Below are positions 57,072-64,000 of a DNA stretch of 64,000 nt, one piece after another. The stretch is taken from contig JAGXNO010000006.1 of assembly GCA_019894975.1 (NCBI GenBank), positions 1-64,000 of the forward strand, given 5' to 3'. Numbering within the stretch: the first letter of the stretch is position 1; each line of letters opens with the position of its first letter. The translations under genes were made by a program, and so were the position numbers. The notes beneath the pieces are model-generated. The model had not been told where the DNA came from. It was given only the letters and a program-made list of their open reading frames with translations, and did not search any database. This DNA comes from Promethearchaeota archaeon (GTDB lineage Archaea > Asgardarchaeota > Lokiarchaeia > Sigyniarchaeales > SOKP01).

Positions 57072-59147
57072 ATGTCTAGTAAATCTAAATTAATAACTGC
57101 AATTGTATTACTAGCCGTTGGTGCTGGTTTAATACCAACTGGTCTTGTAACAAACGATTACCTACGAGATCAAGTCTACGATGGAGTCCCTGAAGCTATG
57201 CTTAAGATTAAAGCTGATGCGGTTCCGGGTTTAGAAGATAAGATCCCGGTTTTAGGACTACCTGATATACTTAAGGGTGTTTTTGACCTAGCCTCTGCTG
57301 GGGTGGAACCGCTATTAAAAGTAAAAGCAACTCCTGACTCGTTATTGGGTTTAAAAGCTGAGATAGAAGGACAATTATTGGGTATAATTAACTTCGCAAC
57401 ATTAGCGCAAGGTATGGCCTTTGCTTTTAACACATTGAATGTATCCGTAGGACCAGCAGCCGCTTTAGACACATTCTTTAATAATGCTACGTATGCAGAT
57501 CCTTACATATCTTTACCTAGTATTGCTATGATTGTGACAAATTTGAGTTATTCACTTGCTGCGGCACAAGCATTATTATTTGATGGTATCTACGATGGGT
57601 CTTTTGTTAATCCATGGGGTTTACCTAGCAATACTGTTATGGGAATACTTGAGGAAATGGAATTCGGTACTGGAGCAAGCAACTTTTATACATTTATGGG
57701 AAATGCTTGGTATTGGAAATATGTAATAGGACCCTATTCTTACCCAATGGATTCAGCGATGTATTTATACAACGCTACAGAAGCACAATTACTATCAATA
57801 ACCGCTGGAGGTTATATGGATTGGGCATTTGCAAATTGGGTTCCCGGCGCGTTTGCAGCAACTTTTGGGATAACTGTTGCGGAAGCTCTTTCTACAGGTT
57901 TTTATCGACAATGGGCAAATGCTACATTTTTCGATGATGGAATCGATATTGGAGCATTTCTTGGTATTTCTGAGCTTAAGGGATTTGAAGTCGGGCTTCC
58001 TGATCCTACAAATATATCTATTGCAACTTGTATAGATCTATGGAATGTCTCACACCCATTATCATTTACAAATGAAAATGGATTGATGGACTGGTTAGAT
58101 GCGGGTCTTGGGGATACTGACTTACAAACGACATTAATGACAACATTTAGCCTTACACCAACTCAACTGACAATGATAATTACGTGGTTAAGCAATTTCA
58201 TTGACAATGTCACCCCTGCGTTAGTATTAGACGCAACCGGACAGACAGTAAGCCAACTTGCTACCTTAGCATTCTATGAACAATGGGCGAATGGTACCAT
58301 ATTTGGCGAAGTTGTTCTCCCTGATGGCTTTCTAGGTGAAATTGATGCTTCCTTCGGCGGAGCAGCTTACTTTGAAATAGGATTACCTTCACCAAGTGGT
58401 TTATCATTAGCTGAATGTATAAACTTATGGGATGTATTTAATGACAAAACATTCTTTTATGGTCCCAGTTTCACGAGTGTATGGTTACCTGCTTTGATGG
58501 GTGGTCCAACAACCGCTATTGAAACATACTTTTTGGTTAGTGCGGGTGAGGCAGCTGACCTTGTAACTTGGTTACGAGCTTTCGCAGATATGACAGGTGA
58601 TCCTGCCACTAGTAAAGCAGCCATGGTGCTCGCTTATGACTATGGTCAAACAATAACACAAATTGCTACAGCAGCGTTCTATGAACAATGGTCCAATGGA
58701 ACCATTAATGGTGACGATGCTCTTCCAGATGGTTTTCTAGCTGAAAGAGTACCGCCTATTTATGGGCCACCTTACTTTGAGATTGGTCTAAGCTTTTCAG
58801 CAACTCTAACACTTACTCAATGTGCAGCACTTTGGAATGTAAATAGTGAATATTCCTTAGTAACTGTAAGTGGCATTCATAAATGGTACAAAGCAGCAGA
58901 AGGAAACACGATGTATACAACACTGGCAACACAAAATGGTGGCTTAAATTTTGTTCAAATGGGTGCAATTTTAGAGTGGCTACCCGTATTCAGAGATGTA
59001 ATCGTGAATATTCTAGCTGAGGACGATAAGAATTTACCTATGGAACCATATGATTTAGGTCAGACTTTAGCAATCAGTTTAGGTGCTGGGGGCGGAGCTT
59101 TAGCTGCTTTAGGCGTAGTACTACTTATACTTTCTAGGAGATCATAA
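57072..59147 (+). CDS. Surface protein anchored at both termini, with three ~130-aa internal repeats
   Basis: N- and C-terminal TM helices; repeats FYxQW(A/S)NxT...FE(V/I)GL...C..LW...W.A...WL..F; many NxS/T sequons. Confidence 0.8.
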   Translation: MSSKSKLITAIVLLAVGAGLIPTGLVTNDYLRDQVYDGVPEAMLKIKADAVPGLEDKIPVLGLPDILKGVFDLASAGVEPLLKVKATPDSLLGLKAEIEGQLLGIINFATLAQGMAFAFNTLNVSVGPAAALDTFFNNATYADPYISLPSIAMIVTNLSYSLAAAQALLFDGIYDGSFVNPWGLPSNTVMGILEEMEFGTGASNFYTFMGNAWYWKYVIGPYSYPMDSAMYLYNATEAQLLSITAGGYMDWAFANWVPGAFAATFGITVAEALSTGFYRQWANATFFDDGIDIGAFLGISELKGFEVGLPDPTNISIATCIDLWNVSHPLSFTNENGLMDWLDAGLGDTDLQTTLMTTFSLTPTQLTMIITWLSNFIDNVTPALVLDATGQTVSQLATLAFYEQWANGTIFGEVVLPDGFLGEIDASFGGAAYFEIGLPSPSGLSLAECINLWDVFNDKTFFYGPSFTSVWLPALMGGPTTAIETYFLVSAGEAADLVTWLRAFADMTGDPATSKAAMVLAYDYGQTITQIATAAFYEQWSNGTINGDDALPDGFLAERVPPIYGPPYFEIGLSFSATLTLTQCAALWNVNSEYSLVTVSGIHKWYKAAEGNTMYTTLATQNGGLNFVQMGAILEWLPVFRDVIVNILAEDDKNLPMEPYDLGQTLAISLGAGGGALAALGVVLLILSRRS

Positions 59148-59170
59148 AAAACCAAATAATTTCAAAAAGA

Positions 59171-59199
59171 TTTATTTTTTTTTATTATTTTTTATTTTT
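59171..59199 (+). terminator. T-rich terminator region between convergent genes
   Basis: TTTATTTTTTTTTATTATTTTTTATTTTT after the stop at 59147. Confidence 0.45.
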
Positions 59200-59220
59200 A
59201 GTCTTATGCTCTGATTGAAC

Positions 59221-60261
59221 TTAAGTTCTTTTTTCAAAATATTTTAGCCAATACTTATACATTTCTTTAAGCGTTGTTTCAATAGGGGTAATTGGAACCC
59301 AACCCAAATCTTCTTTTATCTTAGTATTGTCTCCTATAACTATATCTTCATCGGTTTTTCTAACTTTTTGAGGTGTATTCTTTATAACTTGTATTTTTTC
59401 TTTAGAAAAACTTAATATAATATCTAAAAGTCTGCGAATTTGAATTTTTTTATTCGAACATACATTATAAGTTTCTCCAGGTTTCCCCTTTAACGCTGCA
59501 AGCCATATTGCTTCTTTCGAATCTTTAATATCTGTGAAATCTCTATAAGGGTTTAAATTCCCAACTTGAATAATAGGTTCACTCTGTCCTAATTCGATTT
59601 TAGCTACTTTCCTTATAAAATCTGAAGGTGCATCATTAGTTCTTCGAATACCTGTTTGATTAAAAAATCTGAGATTAATAATCTCAATTCCAAAATTAAT
59701 ATAATATTGACGAGCCAATAATTCAGTGGCAATTTTACTAATACCATATGGATGGATTGCTAATAGAGGATCATCCTCTTTCAGTGGTCGGTTGAGTTGA
59801 ACGCTGGTACCATACTCTGCGCTCGTACAAGCAGTTACAACTCTCGTTTTTAATTTAAATTTTTTAATAGACTCAAAAATATTTATTGTTCCTATGATAT
59901 TGGTTTTAATTGTTTCGATAGGTTCTTCCCAAGAACGTAAAATATAGGGTTGTGCTGCGAAATGAAATAGAATATCTGGTTCTACTTTTCTTATAATTTT
60001 TTCTAATAGAGTCGCATTCTTTATATCACACTCAAGGAGTGTAAATCTCTTATTAGCTGTTGGTATTTTAATTAATTCTCCGTGGAATTCTAACTTGTCA
60101 TCATCTATAAAATTCAATTTGTTGTTGGTATAGTGAGATAAGTCTCTATACTCTTGATTTGGGCGATCTATACCATAGAGTGCAATATTTTTTGTCATAC
60201 AAAAATCGGTTAAATGAGACCCAATAAAACCGTTTACTCCGGTAATAAGAATTTTTTCCAT
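59221..60261 (-). CDS. GDP-mannose 4,6-dehydratase / GDP-4-keto-6-deoxymannose reductase-like SDR
   Basis: TGVNGFIG, HFAAQ, TSAEYG, PYGISK, GNLNPYRDFTD. Confidence 0.8.
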   Translation of the reverse strand: MEKILITGVNGFIGSHLTDFCMTKNIALYGIDRPNQEYRDLSHYTNNKLNFIDDDKLEFHGELIKIPTANKRFTLLECDIKNATLLEKIIRKVEPDILFHFAAQPYILRSWEEPIETIKTNIIGTINIFESIKKFKLKTRVVTACTSAEYGTSVQLNRPLKEDDPLLAIHPYGISKIATELLARQYYINFGIEIINLRFFNQTGIRRTNDAPSDFIRKVAKIELGQSEPIIQVGNLNPYRDFTDIKDSKEAIWLAALKGKPGETYNVCSNKKIQIRRLLDIILSFSKEKIQVIKNTPQKVRKTDEDIVIGDNTKIKEDLGWVPITPIETTLKEMYKYWLKYFEKRT

Positions 60262-60290
60262 TTCTCTTCACAGTTGTTATTTTTGCTATT

Positions 60291-61424
60291 TTATTTCAAT
60301 AAATTTTTTTCTTTAAGTTCTTTAAAGGCACTTTCAGTCTTATCTATAGATACATTTCCTTGTAATTCAATCCATTTAATATATTCTTCAATTCCTTGTT
60401 TAAAAGAAACTTTTGGGTCATAACCTAACGTGTTTTTAATTTTTGAAATATCTGCTACACAATGTCTTACGTCTCCAACTCTATATTGTTGATTATAGAT
60501 GGGTTTTAATGTAGGATTAATTTTGTCTGTTATTATTTCTGCTACTTCTCGAATAGTTATTGGGATCCCTGTACCAACATTAAAGATCTTACCATTAGCT
60601 GCTTGATTGTTTAAAGCTAATAGTGAAGCCTGACATACATCACTAACATTGACGAAATCTCTCGATTGTAAACCATCTTCAAAAACAATTGGATGATTGC
60701 CGTTCAACAATCTTGAACTAAAAATCGAACAAACACCAGTATAAGGATTTGATAGAGCTTGTCTTGGTCCATAAACTAAAAAATATCTCAGGATAGCAAT
60801 ATTTATGCCAAATACCTCCCCAATCATCAAACTCATTTCTTCTTGAACTTTCTTTGATAAAGCATAAATAGAACTAGGATCATAGGGCGTGTTTTCGTCC
60901 GTAAGAGCAGGTTTTACTTTACCTCCACAATCGGGGCAATTTAACTCCCAATCTTTCTTTTTTAACTGATTAGGAAGTCTTAATTTAGGATAAATTACCC
61001 CGCATTTAGGGCAAAGAGCTTTTCCGTCGCCATAAACTGTATTAGATGATGCTATTATAACCTTTCTTATATTATGTTCTGAATTAACAAGAATATTGAG
61101 TAGATTAGCCATACCATTAATGTTATTATCAATATAATTACTAATTTGATACATAGATTGTCCTACTCCCACCCTTGCAGCTAAATGGAATATAATATCA
61201 TTTGATTTAACCACTTCTTCAAATTTTTCATAATTGGTTACTGAACCTCTGATGAACCGAGCTTCTTTATTCAAGTAATCTGGAAGATTATCATTCTTAC
61301 CGTGAACCTGCTCCTCTAGTTGATCATAGACAGTAACAACATAATCGGTATTTTCTATCAAGAAATCAACTAAATGGGATCCAATGAATCCTGCCCCACC
61401 AGTAATTAAAATTTTTTTTGCCAT
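60291..61424 (-). CDS. NAD-dependent epimerase/dehydratase with inserted CxxC..CxxC zinc ribbon
   Basis: TGGAGFIG, VGVGQSMY, CPKC..CPDC, YALSK, SNPYTGV, EDGLQSRDFV. Confidence 0.85.
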   Translation of the reverse strand: MAKKILITGGAGFIGSHLVDFLIENTDYVVTVYDQLEEQVHGKNDNLPDYLNKEARFIRGSVTNYEKFEEVVKSNDIIFHLAARVGVGQSMYQISNYIDNNINGMANLLNILVNSEHNIRKVIIASSNTVYGDGKALCPKCGVIYPKLRLPNQLKKKDWELNCPDCGGKVKPALTDENTPYDPSSIYALSKKVQEEMSLMIGEVFGINIAILRYFLVYGPRQALSNPYTGVCSIFSSRLLNGNHPIVFEDGLQSRDFVNVSDVCQASLLALNNQAANGKIFNVGTGIPITIREVAEIITDKINPTLKPIYNQQYRVGDVRHCVADISKIKNTLGYDPKVSFKQGIEEYIKWIELQGNVSIDKTESAFKELKEKNLLK

Positions 61425-61599
61425 AAAAAAAATATCTCTAAATTTATAGCTTTAAATAGTTTATAAGATTTGATTTAAAATAAGGAATTTGATAATACAA
61501 TTAATAATTCGTTGAGAATTCAACATTAATGAGTTAATTCAGTTATATTAAATTATAAAGAATAAAACTAATTAATCTTAATTTCATTAATAAATTAGA

Positions 61600-62571
61600 A
61601 TGAACTTTAAAGAAAAGAATGTATTGGTGACGGGGGCAGCAGGATTTATAGGAAGTAACTTAACTATAGAGTTAGTTAATTTAGGTGCCAATGTAATTGG
61701 TTTTGACAATTTATTCAATGGTAGAATCGAAAATATAGAAGAAATTTTAGAAAATAAGTCCTTTAAATTTATTAAAGGAGACATAAGAGATTTTAATTTT
61801 TTATTAGAAGTATTTGAAGGTATAGATATAATCTACCATGTAGCTGCTTTTACAAGTGTTCCCCAATCAGTTCTAATGCCCGAATCTTGTAATGATGTTA
61901 ATGTAAATGGTACTCTAAATGTATTAAATGCTGCTAGGAAAAGGGATATTGAAAAAATTATATATTCTTCAAGTTCTTCTGTTTATGGAGATACTCCTAC
62001 TCTTCCCAAAAAAGAAGATATGCCAAGACATCCCATCTCTCCCTATGGAGTATCAAAATTAGCTTGTGAAGGATATATGCAAGTTTTTCACAAAATCTAT
62101 GGTTTAAGAACTTTATCTTTACGATATTTTAATGTTTTTGGACCAAGACAAAAAGATTCACCTTATAGTGGAGTCATTGCCATATGGCTTGGAAGATTAC
62201 TTAATAATAAAGATTTAATAATATTTGGAAATGGAGAACAATCTAGAGATTTCACTTACGTAAAAGATGTTGTTCACGCTAATCTACTAGCTGCAGAACA
62301 AGGCATCTCGGGAGAGATTATAAATATAGGAGCAGGTGCTCCAATCACCTTATCAAATTTAGCAAAATTAATGTTAAAGTTGACAAAAAAAGAAAAGTTA
62401 AATATAAGTTATACGGATACTAGGTCTGGGGATATTTTTCATAGTTATGCAGATATTTCTAAGGCGAAAGAACTCTTAAATTTTCAACCAAAATTTAATC
62501 AAGAAGAAGGACTTAAAGACTACTTTAATTGGTACTGTCATAAATATAAAGTTAGTTTAGATCTGAACTAA
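61600..62571 (+). CDS. UDP-hexose/UDP-HexNAc 4-epimerase-like SDR
   Basis: TGAAGFIG, SVPQS, SSSSVYGD, PYGVSK, LRYFNVFGPRQ..SPYSGVI. Confidence 0.88.
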   Translation: MNFKEKNVLVTGAAGFIGSNLTIELVNLGANVIGFDNLFNGRIENIEEILENKSFKFIKGDIRDFNFLLEVFEGIDIIYHVAAFTSVPQSVLMPESCNDVNVNGTLNVLNAARKRDIEKIIYSSSSSVYGDTPTLPKKEDMPRHPISPYGVSKLACEGYMQVFHKIYGLRTLSLRYFNVFGPRQKDSPYSGVIAIWLGRLLNNKDLIIFGNGEQSRDFTYVKDVVHANLLAAEQGISGEIINIGAGAPITLSNLAKLMLKLTKKEKLNISYTDTRSGDIFHSYADISKAKELLNFQPKFNQEEGLKDYFNWYCHKYKVSLDLN

Positions 62572-62619
62572 CTTGGTTAATGCAAGAAAATATCTTATCT
62601 TTTTGATAGTTATTAGCTA

Positions 62620-63150
62620 TTATGGTAGAAAACCCATTTCATTCAACGACTTTAAAATAATTTTTTTACTTTCTTCAACTGTCTGTTTATCCGTTTCTAC
62701 AACTATATCCGCATTGTCAGGATCTTCGAAAGGATGGTCAATCCCTGTAAAGTCTTTTATCTCACCTGCTCGTGCTTTCGCGTACATTCCTTTTACATCT
62801 CTATTTTCACATTCTTCAATAGAGCACCTAACATAAACAAGAATATAATTCTCGATTTCATTTCGAGAATATGCTCTTATCTTGTTATAAGGAGAAACGA
62901 AAGATGCAAGGACAGCAACCCCATTACGAGATAGTAATTTTGCTACAAAAGTCACTCTTTCAATATTCATATTTCGATCTTCTTCTGTAAATCCCAAATC
63001 TCTCGTTAAACTCTTTCGAACGATATCACCATCCAATCTTTCAACTTTCATTCCTTTCTTTTTCAGTTCATCAGCTAGGACATCTGCCAGTACAGTTTTT
63101 CCAGAACATGGAAGTCCGGTAAACCATAACGTAAACCCTTTATGTTCCAT
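62620..63150 (-). CDS. cysC: Adenylyl-sulfate kinase
   Basis: WFTGLPCSGKT, LDGD.VR, DLGF..EDR, RDVKGMYAKARAGEI..FTGIDHPFE. Confidence 0.95.
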   Translation of the reverse strand: MEHKGFTLWFTGLPCSGKTVLADVLADELKKKGMKVERLDGDIVRKSLTRDLGFTEEDRNMNIERVTFVAKLLSRNGVAVLASFVSPYNKIRAYSRNEIENYILVYVRCSIEECENRDVKGMYAKARAGEIKDFTGIDHPFEDPDNADIVVETDKQTVEESKKIILKSLNEMGFLP

Positions 63151-63167
63151 TCTATATTTTACCTCTT

Positions 63168-63998
63168 TTATAAATTAATTACATTTCCTTCGAAATCTAA
63201 TGGTATTTTTACACCTAAAATGTTCAAGGAAGTAGGTGCTATGTCTAAGATACTTCTTTCTCCTAAATCTTTTCCTATCTTCTTTTTTGGATCAAAAATT
63301 ATATAAACTCCATGCCAGTCATGAACAGCATCATCAGGGCCAGTATCATTCTCATCAAGATACATTGAATCATACCCCACTGTTCCTGCTGATCTCCAAT
63401 TTAAATTATCAAAATATACTAATAAATCAGGAGCATCTCCACGAATAATTTCGTATAATTCTTCCGGTTTGTACACTTTTGTATTCATAGGTTTTCCATT
63501 AGCATCCTTAATAGTCTTTAATTTTTTTGCGATTTCATTTCGAATGGTTTCATAATCTTCTTCTTTGATTATACCATTAATCTCTCTTCCTTCTAAATTC
63601 AAGAAAATTCGAGCATAATATCCTCCCCAACCCCAAGCATAAGTATTATCCCAATCTATATCAGCATTTTCAATTCTAGTTTTAGATTGTGGTTTAGTTT
63701 TGAATTTTAATAATCCTAATTTTTCTAAAGCCATATTTACACAGATTAATCCTTTCATGGCCTTAGCACCATGATCAGATACAATCATTACTGATGTCTC
63801 TTCGTTTAATAATTCCAATATTTCTCCAATTTCATTGTCTAAGTATGAATAGTACTTTTTCATCTCATTTTCGAATATATTACCCTCCTCATATTTTGGA
63901 TGCTCTTTATCATAGAATTTCCAAAAAGCGTGATGAAATCTATCTAAACCAATAATTACAAAATGAAAGTAATCCCATTCTTTTGTTTGTAGTAAGTA
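63168..63998 (-). CDS. Alkaline phosphatase family / type I phosphodiesterase (5'-partial, runs off the window)
   Basis: Frame stays open above the ORF-track ATG at 63863 to the window end (WDYFHFVIIGLDRFHHAFW); VSDHG, DDAVH, ILDIAPT. Confidence 0.85.
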   Translation of the reverse strand, partial: YLLQTKEWDYFHFVIIGLDRFHHAFWKFYDKEHPKYEEGNIFENEMKKYYSYLDNEIGEILELLNEETSVMIVSDHGAKAMKGLICVNMALEKLGLLKFKTKPQSKTRIENADIDWDNTYAWGWGGYYARIFLNLEGREINGIIKEEDYETIRNEIAKKLKTIKDANGKPMNTKVYKPEELYEIIRGDAPDLLVYFDNLNWRSAGTVGYDSMYLDENDTGPDDAVHDWHGVYIIFDPKKKIGKDLGERSILDIAPTSLNILGVKIPLDFEGNVINL

Positions 63999-64000
63999 TC

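Noticed and set aside
3313-63448. Short ORF-track entries overlapping long genes (e.g. 3313-3588, 4685-4918, 17504-17719, 31885-32172, 44045-44419, 57176-57472)
   Set aside because: Antisense or alternate-frame shadows of well-supported genes, with no recognisable motifs.
1-64000. CRISPR array, rRNA, transposase or integrase
   Set aside because: No regularly spaced direct repeats, no long GC-rich structural RNA, and no DDE or tyrosine/serine recombinase motifs in the ORFs.

Overview
AT-rich archaeal DNA that reads as an Asgard archaeon, probably Lokiarchaeia (inference from gene content): archaeal IleRS, a C1-G72 tRNA-Tyr with BHB-type introns, TrmB/Lrp regulators, and many eukaryotic-signature-like proteins (Rab-like and Arf-like GTPases, roadblock/longin, ubiquitin E1 and E2, a multi-UEV RING protein, a GIFT/IFT52-like protein). 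Four themes stand out. (1) A ~19 kb phosphonate/surface-glycoconjugate locus (32.4-51.7 kb): PEP mutase-cytidylyltransferase fusion, phosphonopyruvate decarboxylase, Fe-dependent phosphonoacetaldehyde reductase, two more cytidylyltransferases, a GlpT-like MFS transporter, a Thr-nucleophile sulfatase-fold enzyme, a CDP-alcohol phosphotransferase, a flippase, glycosyltransferases and an AglB-like GT-C protein. This predicts 2-hydroxyethylphosphonate (HEP)-decorated lipids or glycans. (2) Ubiquitin-system genes: an E2 with a Cdc34/Ubc7-length loop, a Uba2/Uba3-like E1 behind a 2120-aa protein of 18 MIT/TPR-like repeats, and a FANCL-like UEV/RWD + C4HC3 RING protein. (3) At least two conserved genes that seem to need ATA start codons downstream of Shine-Dalgarno motifs. 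(4) A two-intron tRNA-Tyr. No CRISPR array, rRNA, integrase or transposase was seen. All family assignments come from motif reading, not database searches.
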